Assembly: GCA_000146465.1 (NCBI GenBank)
Contig: CP001942.1
Reading direction: 5' to 3' (one strand)
DNA: 64,000 nt
Shown here: piece after piece, positions 28,451 through 37,771 of the stretch
Layout: each line of letters starts with the position of its first letter
Numbering within the stretch: the first letter of the stretch is position 1
The notes under the pieces: model-generated
The model's database searches: none
Told to the model about the DNA's origin: nothing
What the model saw: the letters and a program-made list of their open reading frames with translations, nothing else
Translations under genes and position numbers: made by a program

Positions 28451-28526
28451 TGCCAAAGAAATCGATTAAACTTCTCATCAACAAGACACTTGCAGAGATG
28501 AGAAAATATTTTATTGAAGCCTATAA

Positions 28527-29102
28527 CTAGTCTTCGGACTCCATTTCCAATGCTATTTCCCTGGCCTGAGGGTCTGAGCTCCTGAGCTTCTCATCTTCTT
28601 CCCTAGCTATTTTAATAACCTCCTTGGAATATTCTTCAGGGTTGTCCCTGTGCATGACAGAAGCATCTACATTTGCTGGAGACGATGTGTTGGGGGCATT
28701 GAGGATCACAATCACAGAAAGAAGAATCGTTCTGATGTTTTGGACAGGTGCCCATTTGTCTTTCGAGTCTCCATACCCGGTTGGATCGAGAATGTCTTCT
28801 TCGAGAATTGATATGCACATTCTTCCATCCTCATAGATGTTTGGATGAAACATCTTCGAAACAAACTTAAGCGTTGGAGGCTGAAGGGGATAGCAGTCTG
28901 GAAATTCCATGACAGCCTTCAGTATCCTCCCTGCATATAAGGAATCTCCACCGAGGGTGAAGTAGATATCCCAAACCTTGTAGTTTCTGTTTTCCCTAGG
29001 CCCTCTAGGACATGCTCTGAAGAGCTTTCTTTCATCTCCTGTAGAGTCTTTTAGCATATCCTCTTCCTTCGATAGCCTTCTGCGGGCCCCAGATGACAAC
29101 AT
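28527..29102 (-). CDS. UBC7: Ubiquitin-conjugating enzyme E2, UBC7/UBE2G-like
   Basis: The UBC core 'FHPNIYEDGRMCISIL' is followed by the acidic-loop insertion 'EEDILDPTGYGDSKDKWAPVQNIRTILLSV' characteristic of UBC7/Cdc34-type E2s. The start was trimmed to 'MLSSGARRRL'. Confidence 0.7.
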   Translation of the reverse strand: MLSSGARRRLSKEEDMLKDSTGDERKLFRACPRGPRENRNYKVWDIYFTLGGDSLYAGRILKAVMEFPDCYPLQPPTLKFVSKMFHPNIYEDGRMCISILEEDILDPTGYGDSKDKWAPVQNIRTILLSVIVILNAPNTSSPANVDASVMHRDNPEEYSKEVIKIAREEDEKLRSSDPQAREIALEMESED

Positions 29103-29156
29103 TTGCAGGGGTTGTGTATTTATTTTTATATCCTCTAGCCTGGGCATACAGATTCC

Positions 29157-29954
29157 TTAAGACCTGTTATTATCTGCCACAAAATACAGGATCTGTGCAC
29201 TGACTAGCTTGTAGAAGGGATGTCCAGGAGTAAAGTCACAGAAAAGCGAAATCCCTGAACAAATCCACTCTGTAGAGGAAAACGACAGTGAATATGCCAC
29301 AAAGGATATCCAATACGATTTTTCGACGGGAACCAGCGGCGAGCAGCATATGAGGGCCTTTGTGAAGCACGGCAGCTTTCCCATAAGCAACGGCGTCCGG
29401 AAGTCGATTCGAAATTCTGGAAGCACCATCTTCCTGCATCTCACAATTGCCCTGTATTCGTTAGCCCTGTCTGTAAATGAGGCTTCTCTTAAGAGCCTTG
29501 CAACCTTCTTGTATGCTTGGCCGTAGTCTTCGCTTTCTATTGGAGGAGGAGACAGATGGTATATATTGAAAAAATGGAAGACTGCAAGGCACATGCTCAC
29601 TGTGCGATTGTTTAGTGAGTACAGCGAAAGCAACATTCCCATGGATTCCATAATCCCAGCTATTTCTAGGTTTCCCCTGTGGAACTTGTCTATGCAAAGA
29701 TTGCTTACAGAAACATATGTTGCAGCTACTGTAAATCCATAGCACAGGAAGTAGATGTTTGGAAACAGCAGAGAAAGAATAAACAAGGAGTTCGATATGT
29801 ACATCTTTCTTTTTGTGCCTGGGACAAGAAGTGCAACAAGAGAGGAAGGAATGGACAAAGCAAATAGATATGGGCCTGGAAAATGGCTTGCTGCCAGAAA
29901 AAGAGGTATAGCATAAAGCACAGCCTGCCTTCTTAGACTTCCTGGATTTTCCAT
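29157..29954 (-). CDS. Hypothetical multi-pass membrane protein
   Basis: The 265-aa ORF has 5-6 hydrophobic segments and no confident family. Confidence 0.4.
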   Translation of the reverse strand: MENPGSLRRQAVLYAIPLFLAASHFPGPYLFALSIPSSLVALLVPGTKRKMYISNSLFILSLLFPNIYFLCYGFTVAATYVSVSNLCIDKFHRGNLEIAGIMESMGMLLSLYSLNNRTVSMCLAVFHFFNIYHLSPPPIESEDYGQAYKKVARLLREASFTDRANEYRAIVRCRKMVLPEFRIDFRTPLLMGKLPCFTKALICCSPLVPVEKSYWISFVAYSLSFSSTEWICSGISLFCDFTPGHPFYKLVSAQILYFVADNNRS

Positions 29955-30036
29955 CGGATATTTGTTTATCTCACTAGCAGGGAAAACAAAAAGACTTCAT
30001 TCTGGGGCTTTAATAGGTATATGTAGATGCGATACA

Positions 30037-30759
30037 TCACTCGGCGTTTTCTTCATAAAGAATCCCAAGCACATCATTCTTAAGGTCTTCGTCGAGCCCT
30101 TTCCTCTCAAGAAAATATTTCTCGATGGTAAATAGCTTTTTAAAGTAGAAGTCTCTTTCCTTTTCAAAGGTCATCAGTAAGGACTTAACTTCATCGTCAT
30201 CAAATCCTCTAGGTACAGATCGGGAGGCCAATGCTTGCTCCATCATATTTTGTTCATCTTCCATCTGCTTGACCTGATCCCTCATTTCTGCAATTGTGTC
30301 TTCGAGCTCTTTAATTCTATTCTCCTTCAGGGCCATAACCTCTGTAATGTTCCGGCATTTGGAACAGTGAACTGCAGTGGAGGGAAGGGGGGATGGAGCC
30401 TTTGAACTTCTACTGCTGATGCCTTCTCTGGGATGTCTCTCTCCCATATTCTTGAAGTAGTACTTTGCCAGCCATTGTGCAACCTCTAGGTTATCCTGCA
30501 TTTTACATTTGACTAGTCTGTCAATAGGGAAATAGAGCTTAATGTTTCTTAATCCAAAAAATTCTTGGCATATCTTCATGTTTCTCAAGTAGTCGTGTTC
30601 TCCAATGGGATTTCTAACAAAATTCGATGGAAAGTCCTTGTGTATTATAGATAAAATCCTACAAATCACCACTCCTCTTCCAAGCTCCTCGATGGCGGAA
30701 ATCTCGATGCCTAGAGACCTTATCCACTCAATCAGCTCTCTACGACTTTTCTGTGTCAT
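30037..30759 (-). CDS. BIM1: Microtubule plus-end binding protein EB1/Bim1
   Basis: The CH domain 'RRELIEWIRSL...VKCKMQDNLEVAQWLAKYYFKN' matches EB1 'VKGKFQDNFEFVQWFKKFF'. A C-terminal EB1-like coil, 'FYFKKLFTIEKYFLE', is also present. Confidence 0.75.
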   Translation of the reverse strand: MTQKSRRELIEWIRSLGIEISAIEELGRGVVICRILSIIHKDFPSNFVRNPIGEHDYLRNMKICQEFFGLRNIKLYFPIDRLVKCKMQDNLEVAQWLAKYYFKNMGERHPREGISSRSSKAPSPLPSTAVHCSKCRNITEVMALKENRIKELEDTIAEMRDQVKQMEDEQNMMEQALASRSVPRGFDDDEVKSLLMTFEKERDFYFKKLFTIEKYFLERKGLDEDLKNDVLGILYEENAE

Positions 30760-30813
30760 GCCCGGAGGGCCCTCCCTTCACCTAATTGATATGTACTTTG
30801 AATCCCTAATCCA

Positions 30814-31299
30814 ATGGTGAATATACAGAAGAAGCTCGAAAAGATTCAGCAGGAGCAGCCGACCATCCACGAGGTAAATAAGGACAGGCTGAGCGAAATA
30901 CTATCTGTGGTTCAGGCAAAAAAGTACCAGGACCCCTCCACATACTATCCCCAGTCTCCTCTTTCGAGAATGCTTCCAAATTGCTATCCAAAAGCACCGA
31001 ATGAGGGAATCTTCAAAGTTAATATAGAGGATATGAAAATGGACAACCTCCACGAAGAGACACTTTTCTATATTTTCTATACATTTCCGGGCGACAAGTT
31101 GCAGACCAAGGCATATGATAACATCCTCAAGAGAAAATACATCTTCTGCAGGATGTACAAATGTTTTGTTACATTCAACTCTCCAGCAATCGCCGACCAT
31201 GTCAAGAGACTCATTGTGATGTTCGACCCGTTCAGCTGGTCGAAGGTGTCGATAGAAGTTGTTTTTGATGAAAAATTCATCAGGTCTCTTGAAAGATAA
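30814..31299 (+). CDS. CCR4-NOT subunit with NOT-box (Not2/Not3/Not5 family)
   Basis: The NOT-box 'ETLFYIFYTFPGDKLQTKAYDNILKRKYIFC' matches 'LFYIFYSMP.D' in the family. Confidence 0.55.
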   Translation: MVNIQKKLEKIQQEQPTIHEVNKDRLSEILSVVQAKKYQDPSTYYPQSPLSRMLPNCYPKAPNEGIFKVNIEDMKMDNLHEETLFYIFYTFPGDKLQTKAYDNILKRKYIFCRMYKCFVTFNSPAIADHVKRLIVMFDPFSWSKVSIEVVFDEKFIRSLER

Positions 31300-31350
31300 A
31301 ATACATGATCCATACAAATAAACTTCCCCACTTCATTTATTTTATAACAT

Positions 31351-33042
31351 TCACGACTTCCCACGCTCCACAGACGGCTCAAGTATACTTTGAAAAGATG
31401 GCTCGTTGTTTCGGAGATACCCGTAGAAGCTACAGAGATGCCCTTCAACAATCCTTCTCTTCTGTGAAGCTAAGCTCTTGTCCTTCATCGTGTCTGTAAA
31501 TCTGTCCCTAATGTAGACCACCAGTGTTCTTTTTATTTCTGCATTTACATCTTCAGGAAATCGCAGCTCCCTGACTCTTGAAAACAACTTAAGGAGATCG
31601 ACTCCGAAATCTCCACTCTTGGTAACTGTTCCAAAGAGCTTGTCGATCTCTTTTTCCCTCTGTTTTATCACTTCCTCCATAAATCTCTTGTTTCCCTTGT
31701 CTATCTCCGACATACAGTTGAACTCCACATTTCTATAGAAGTCGTTCTTTTCAATGGCATGTCTTAAAACATCTCTGGCAGCTGACTGTCCATCTAAAAA
31801 TAGGTCCATGTTGTCCTTTCCTTCGTCGAGAAGTTTGCATAGATACTGGTCTATCTTCTTTGCGAGAAGCTCATCAAGTTCATTTGAAAACTGGAATATG
31901 TTAGACACAAAGTCATTACACTCGTCAATAAAGCCTGTCATCGAAAGCTTCAGTTGGTCCACCCCGTTGCTTTCAAGATCCACATCCTTAGGCCCTTGCG
32001 TTTCAAAGTAGCCAATCGCCACAGAGCTTATGATTCTATCTACATTCTCGTAGTCGATTCCAAGATGGACTGTAAGCTTTCGGAGAGTAATTAGCATTTT
32101 CCTTACTTGAGAAAAGTTTTGGCTTTCATGAAGCACTTTGCTTTTTGACAGAATCCCAATTACAAGCTGGTTGTGCATCTTAAAGTCTGAATCCAGAGCT
32201 GAAAGATAGTGGCTCCACAGAATAAACCCTGCTGCATCGGAAATCATCAGGGGACTGTTCACTTCTCCAATCCTCTCTCCAAACACTTTTCTCTTCTCAT
32301 TGACTCTCTCTACCACCTTCGACCCAATTCCTAGCCTTTTCGACTCGTGAAGAATGCATAGAAAACTCTTGGATATAAACTGATGTCTTAAAGAGCCAAG
32401 AGGGTCAAATATGTAGGACTTTTCCTTATCCTTCCAGAACATTTCGTTTATTTCCATTCCCACCTGTCGGATATTGTTGGAAGCACTCTTCATCCATAGG
32501 TCAATGTCCTTTATCATCAAGTCTGCAAGTAACTTTCTCGACCTGATGCATATCTGGTTTACATTCACAAAGAACCTGTATTTCTCGAACATACATAGTT
32601 TCTTTTCCATTTCTAGCACGTTCTTTGCCATCTTGTAGTAGTATAGCGGATCCTCCCGGTCCTCCTTGTCTGTTTTCTCGTATTCAAATGCAATATTGAT
32701 GAAGCCGAGAATCTCCTTCATCTCAGATACAACCAGGTTGAGACGGGACTCCACTATGGAGTTCTCCTCAATATCATGGAGAATATTTGCGTGCTGTATA
32801 ACAGCATCAGAAACAGAGCAAAGCAGTTCATTATTTATGTTTACAATTTCTGGCAGCTTTTGCTTGACCTTCTCCAAGTCACTGCATTTGTTAATTATGT
32901 TCATGTAGTCCCGAGAAATGCTCTTCATCATCTCTTTTTCCTTTTTCTCAATCTCTTTGGAAAGCTCTACCAGTAACTCTTCTTTCTTGTCAGACTTTAG
33001 CATCTCTTTGAACCTCTCTTCTTCGTCGGGACTAAAGTTCAT
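31351..33042 (-). CDS. Large alpha-helical hypothetical protein (possible vesicle-tethering/CATCHR-like subunit)
   Basis: The 563-aa protein has an N-terminal coiled coil and then an all-helical body. The assignment is tentative. Confidence 0.35.
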   Translation of the reverse strand: MNFSPDEEERFKEMLKSDKKEELLVELSKEIEKKEKEMMKSISRDYMNIINKCSDLEKVKQKLPEIVNINNELLCSVSDAVIQHANILHDIEENSIVESRLNLVVSEMKEILGFINIAFEYEKTDKEDREDPLYYYKMAKNVLEMEKKLCMFEKYRFFVNVNQICIRSRKLLADLMIKDIDLWMKSASNNIRQVGMEINEMFWKDKEKSYIFDPLGSLRHQFISKSFLCILHESKRLGIGSKVVERVNEKRKVFGERIGEVNSPLMISDAAGFILWSHYLSALDSDFKMHNQLVIGILSKSKVLHESQNFSQVRKMLITLRKLTVHLGIDYENVDRIISSVAIGYFETQGPKDVDLESNGVDQLKLSMTGFIDECNDFVSNIFQFSNELDELLAKKIDQYLCKLLDEGKDNMDLFLDGQSAARDVLRHAIEKNDFYRNVEFNCMSEIDKGNKRFMEEVIKQREKEIDKLFGTVTKSGDFGVDLLKLFSRVRELRFPEDVNAEIKRTLVVYIRDRFTDTMKDKSLASQKRRIVEGHLCSFYGYLRNNEPSFQSILEPSVERGKS

Positions 33043-33062
33043 AAGGGATCGAAGATCAAGAC

Positions 33063-35081
33063 CTAAGGCTTTGGATTCAATTTCCTATTCTTTTTGTTAC
33101 CTTTGCCGGACGAATTGGATCTTAGTGTCTTTTTCTCGATATAGGCCATTTCATCTCCCCCACTAAAGCTCTTCAGTCTTGCTGTGCTATATATAGTCCC
33201 TTCCTCGTCTCCACTCTCCTCACTCTCCAATTCCTTTTCAGATGCGAGAAGCACTCCAGCCAGCAACTCCCTCTGCTGTCCTTTTGTTCTGTACACACAG
33301 TGTTCATTTTCGTGAGCTTCCGGTATGTCTGTAAGTATCGTAAACGTGTAGCCCTGGTCTATCAGAAACTGTTGTCTCTTGTTCGAATAGAACATCTCAT
33401 CCGTGTCCTTACTCACCAAAGAGTAGAAATAGACCTTAAAGTCTGGGTCGTTTCTCCTCTTGGCCCGGAGGATTCTTCCAAGTCTTTGCGCTTCTTGCCT
33501 ACGGCTTCCAAAATGGCTGCTTATTTGGATCAAACATGTAGCTTCTGGAAGATCGATAGATGTGTCTCCAACCTTGCTCAGAAATATCGTGTTGATAACC
33601 GGGTTTGTCTGAAATTGCTTGAGAATTCTCATCCTCTCTGTTTGCCCTGTAGGCCCATAAATAAACGGCTTCCCAAGCTTTAGGGCATACGCTTTCAGTG
33701 CATACACACTGTCTGAAAATACAATGATCTTGTCTCCTCTACTTTCGTGTTTGTTGATCAGATATTCACACATTTGAAACTTCGTCGGGTTCATTATCGA
33801 AAGAAGCCTTCTTCTCCGCGTCGGCTGCGAAAGATATTCTCTATAGAAATCTCCAGTCATTCTGCACCATACCTCCACACACGACACCCTGGCTATATGC
33901 CCTTTGGCACTAAGGTCTTGCCAGTCTGCCTCATAAAGCTTAGGTCCAATCAAGAAGTTAAGATCTTCAATCTTGTCGTCTTCCCGGACAAGGGTTGCAG
34001 TAAGCCCAAGCTTGCAGTGATGCCCCACCAGTGACAATACTCTTCTGAACATCATTGCAGGAACAACATGAACCTCATCCAGCACAAGCAATCCCCATTC
34101 CGTCTTCCGTATAAGGTCCATGATCTTCTGGGCTTCATACGATCGCTTTCCCGTGTATGCAAGCATCGTGTATGTTGTAACAACTATTCCACAATCGTCC
34201 TTCGGCCACTCCTTGTGATCGGAAGTAAACCTGCCCACATTCTCGGGGGATATGTTGGTGAATTGCAATGTCTGCTGCTTCCACTGCTCAACAGACACAG
34301 CAGATGTACACAGCACAAGACAGCTCTTCTTGATAGTGCTTATTGCCGTAATTCCCACAATTGTCTTTCCCGACCCACAAGGAAGTACAATTATTCCCGA
34401 CCTTGCCCGTCCATTCCCAAACATCTTGTTGAGACATATTTCTTGATAGGATCTAATAATCGTCGTGGGCTTGAGATCTATCTGAAGGCTTCGAAGTGTC
34501 TTGTCGTTTCGGAAATCGTACTCTTCAATTAGTGGATAGTCAACTTCAATGCACCTTTTCTTAACCAGCTCAACATCTTCTACTTCAATCGATAGTCCGC
34601 TTCCCTCTTTGGGCTTACAAACCGTGTGCGATCGTATCACAGTGTCTTCAGACAGCATTTTGTACACAGACTCATTAGCCGCCTCCAGGAAAAAGCTGTT
34701 TTCCTTCAGAATAAGCTTTACTTTCCCATAGCTTAGTGTGCATTCCGTGATAAACACCTTAACAGATCTCGGAAGATAGTTCTTTGAAAACCGGTCCAAT
34801 GTCTTGATGATGTCGTCTGTCGTCAGTCCAACACTTACTGCAGCATATAACGAATACGCCGTAATCTGAAATTCATGTATCTTCAGTGGCCTGCTCACGG
34901 GCTCTGCAATGGCTATTAGGAAGTCACAGGCTTGCCGGGAAGACTCTCTGAACATCTCCAGTATGATTAGTCCATCGTAATTCACCCACATCGGAAAGCC
35001 GTCGTTGTCCTCCTTGAGAACAAGCTCTTCATATGGGAACTGATGCTTTGTTGCTTTCTTGGGAATCACAAGCTCATTCAT
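33063..35081 (-). CDS. SSL2: TFIIH helicase XPB/ERCC3 (SSL2/RAD25)
   Basis: SF2 helicase motifs are present: 'VLPCGSGKT', '[10 protein letters not shown]' and '[15 protein letters not shown]'. Overall collinearity with XPB includes the 'RILRAKRR' C-terminal region. Confidence 0.85.
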   Translation of the reverse strand: MNELVIPKKATKHQFPYEELVLKEDNDGFPMWVNYDGLIILEMFRESSRQACDFLIAIAEPVSRPLKIHEFQITAYSLYAAVSVGLTTDDIIKTLDRFSKNYLPRSVKVFITECTLSYGKVKLILKENSFFLEAANESVYKMLSEDTVIRSHTVCKPKEGSGLSIEVEDVELVKKRCIEVDYPLIEEYDFRNDKTLRSLQIDLKPTTIIRSYQEICLNKMFGNGRARSGIIVLPCGSGKTIVGITAISTIKKSCLVLCTSAVSVEQWKQQTLQFTNISPENVGRFTSDHKEWPKDDCGIVVTTYTMLAYTGKRSYEAQKIMDLIRKTEWGLLVLDEVHVVPAMMFRRVLSLVGHHCKLGLTATLVREDDKIEDLNFLIGPKLYEADWQDLSAKGHIARVSCVEVWCRMTGDFYREYLSQPTRRRRLLSIMNPTKFQMCEYLINKHESRGDKIIVFSDSVYALKAYALKLGKPFIYGPTGQTERMRILKQFQTNPVINTIFLSKVGDTSIDLPEATCLIQISSHFGSRRQEAQRLGRILRAKRRNDPDFKVYFYSLVSKDTDEMFYSNKRQQFLIDQGYTFTILTDIPEAHENEHCVYRTKGQQRELLAGVLLASEKELESEESGDEEGTIYSTARLKSFSGGDEMAYIEKKTLRSNSSGKGNKKNRKLNPKP

Positions 35082-35501
35082 GTTTGGGATGCTATTCCCA
35101 CAGATTTATCTAATCCACTTACATCGAAACAGTCCCCACCCCATGTTCGTCCAAGACCATACATACTACACAGATGCATTTCTGGACGCATGTCTTCTGA
35201 ACTTCGAAAGAATCGAGCTGACCGCCAAGCCGTTCACAAACATAAAGGACGAGGACTTGGAGGAATCCCCAGTTCCTCTCAACAAAGATCATCCCTTCCC
35301 AATAGACTTCGAGCTTACCCCGCGGAATGCCTAACTAGAAGAAAACAAATAATTAAATGAATGTTTATTCTGATTGAAGGAGGGAATGGTATTCTTACAA
35401 TCTGTACGGATGCTTATACATGGTAACGCCATAACCAAACCTCAATGCATCGCCCTTTACCCCATTATCTATGGTCCATTGAATTCTGGATATAGGCGTT
35501 A

Positions 35502-36647
35502 TTACTTTTTTTCATCGTAACATGAATCGCTTGTCAATTCGCTGGTCTCTTCCTTTTCATCGTCGTCGGCTTTCATGCCTTTTTTCCTTCTGTAGTCCTT
35601 GCAGTAATTGATGCATTCTTCCTTCATGCTTGGAGAATCATATCTATCCATGTCTGCACACATCTCCTTTGTGCACGACATCTCTGCCATTTCCGACGAA
35701 TGAGGCCCAGAACCTTGGTTGTCTTCCCCTCCCTTCCATTCACTTGAGGCATCCTCCTTGTATCTTCTGGATCTTCCTCTCCTTCTTCCTCGCCTTGGCC
35801 GGCGCTGCTTGTCCCAGCTCTCTGAAGGACCTTTATTATAAGGTCCACTGGGATTTCCTTGCATCTCCTCAGACTCTTCGCCTCCCTGGCGAGAAGACTT
35901 CTCCTGCCGGTCTAGGATGTTGGTTATGGCTTCGTATTTGCTCTGTTCTATGGGATATATTAGCACCCCAGGCGGAATTCCCTTTCCGGCTCCAAGAGAA
36001 GATATACCATTCTCTTCATTACAACCTTCTTCCCCCCTAGCACATGAGGTCAGGCTTCCAAGCTTGTTTCCTATCTTCTTCAAGCTTCCCTTAAGAGAGT
36101 TTAGCAAGGAATCCTTCAATTGGTCCATATTGAGGTTCTTCAAGATCTCATTTGCAATCTTGTCCTGGCATTTTTTGTCTTTACAACTCTTTTCACCATC
36201 TTCTTCGTTACAGGAGGCGTTCCCTCCGTTGAGCACATCAAGACATTTCTGATCAATACAGCATTCCTTGGCATTTTCCCCAAGTGTTTTCCTGCAATTC
36301 TCTAATATGTTCTTGAACTTCTCGAGCTGTTCAGACAAACACTTCTTAAGCTGTTCTTTTTTCTCAGACATATCACAGACATTTGCGTACTGAATGTTTC
36401 CCGGAGGCTGAAGAGCTAAGGGAGATATCCCCATCTGCTGCCCAACCCCTCCATCAGGCGCAAACGATAGCAGTTGCCCTGGCTTACTTGAAGGAGCACT
36501 GATCGTCTGAACCTGAGGCATGGGGCCTACAAATCCCTGATCAAAAAGAGGTGAGTTCGATGGAAGAATCGAATATAACGGGCTTCCTGCATCTGCCGTC
36601 TCCACATATTTCCAAAGCGTTACCACCAAACTCAATTGCCCTATCAT
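35502..36647 (-). CDS. Cys-rich, low-complexity, putatively secreted protein (candidate spore-wall/polar-tube component)
   Basis: A hydrophobic N-terminus leads into a Pro/Gly/Gln-rich segment. A Cys-rich middle follows ('KECCIDQKC', 'CNEEDGEKSCKDKKCQDK'), then the Arg cluster 'RRPRRGRRRGRSRR' and an acidic Cys-containing tail. Confidence 0.5.
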   Translation of the reverse strand: MIGQLSLVVTLWKYVETADAGSPLYSILPSNSPLFDQGFVGPMPQVQTISAPSSKPGQLLSFAPDGGVGQQMGISPLALQPPGNIQYANVCDMSEKKEQLKKCLSEQLEKFKNILENCRKTLGENAKECCIDQKCLDVLNGGNASCNEEDGEKSCKDKKCQDKIANEILKNLNMDQLKDSLLNSLKGSLKKIGNKLGSLTSCARGEEGCNEENGISSLGAGKGIPPGVLIYPIEQSKYEAITNILDRQEKSSRQGGEESEEMQGNPSGPYNKGPSESWDKQRRPRRGRRRGRSRRYKEDASSEWKGGEDNQGSGPHSSEMAEMSCTKEMCADMDRYDSPSMKEECINYCKDYRRKKGMKADDDEKEETSELTSDSCYDEKK

Positions 36648-36770
36648 CTGGTGTTTTGTTTATCAGAACTTGATTTGCCCATAGATATCAGCCATTTCTG
36701 TAACAGTTTCATTCAAACAATAAAGTGTTTCAAGGGCTTACCATGGTGCATGTAAATAGATATAAGAACT

Positions 36771-37691
36771 TTAATACTTCTTCTGAATCTTTGCATAAAA
36801 GAACCCGTCCATGTTGTGCACATGTGGATAGATCCTTCTAGCCATCTTGAGAGACCCGTTGTAGTTTCTTCCCTTGAAACTCATGAATCCATCCTTTCCA
36901 ATGTCTATCTCGCATTGGGCCATTCGGGCGGAAGGACATTTGTTGAGAAGATAATTAACAACCTCCTCGTTTTCCTTGACAAGCACAGAACATGTCGAGT
37001 ACATCAGTATCCCTCCAGGCCTCAGCATCTCAAATCCATGAAGTATCAGTTCTTTCTGAAGCGTAACCATTCTATCTATCTCACTTCTTGTTCTGTTGGT
37101 CTTCACTGACGGATCCTTCGATATCACTCCGGTCCCAGAACACGGTGCATCCACCAGAACCCTATCTACCTTTCCAACATTCACCTTCCTTCCGTCCATG
37201 TTCATTATTATGCAGTTCTTCACCCCCATTCTCTGTACGTTGCTCTTTAATCCTGCTATTCTCTCCTCGTTCATATCGTTTGCATAGATCGTCCCTGTGT
37301 TTTCCATAAGTGCAGCAATGTGTGTTGTCTTCCCCCCAGGTGCTGCGCACAAATCAACAACAGTCAGACCCTCTTTGAGCTCCATGTTAAGGACCGGGAG
37401 CATCGATGCAGCTCCTTGAAGACAATAGTATCCGGCAAGATACTCGGGCGTGGCCCCAATAGGAACAGAGGACTTGAAGATAACACATCCGCTGTCTGTC
37501 CAGCTGAGATCGTCAATATCCACACCCCTTCCACGTAAGAGCTTCGACACGTCTTTTCTACGCTTCAAAAGCGTATTGATTCGTATCGTTGTAGGCCTTT
37601 GCTTTTCGCTCTCCTCAATAAAAACCTCTGCCTCTTTACGTGGAAACAACTCGCATATCTTCTCCAGAAGATACTCGTTGTACGTATCCAT
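36771..37691 (-). CDS. NOL1/NOP2/Sun-family RNA (cytosine-C5)-methyltransferase
   Basis: The SAM-binding motif 'VDLCAAPGGKTTHIA' is present with catalytic Cys motifs ('DAPCSGTG', 'YSTCS'). Confidence 0.75.
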   Translation of the reverse strand: MDTYNEYLLEKICELFPRKEAEVFIEESEKQRPTTIRINTLLKRRKDVSKLLRGRGVDIDDLSWTDSGCVIFKSSVPIGATPEYLAGYYCLQGAASMLPVLNMELKEGLTVVDLCAAPGGKTTHIAALMENTGTIYANDMNEERIAGLKSNVQRMGVKNCIIMNMDGRKVNVGKVDRVLVDAPCSGTGVISKDPSVKTNRTRSEIDRMVTLQKELILHGFEMLRPGGILMYSTCSVLVKENEEVVNYLLNKCPSARMAQCEIDIGKDGFMSFKGRNYNGSLKMARRIYPHVHNMDGFFYAKIQKKY

Positions 37692-37771
37692 TAGAGGGCA
37701 ATTTTTTCTTCAAAAAATCGTTCCTGTAGCTTGGCCAAATCCATAGAGTTTAATCATCCCATCCAGCCCAT

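Noticed and set aside
35630-36252. Plus-strand ORFs of 111-136 aa opposite the second Cys-rich gene
   Set aside because: They are probably antisense artefacts of the low-complexity gene. The strand choice is less secure here and is flagged in the findings.
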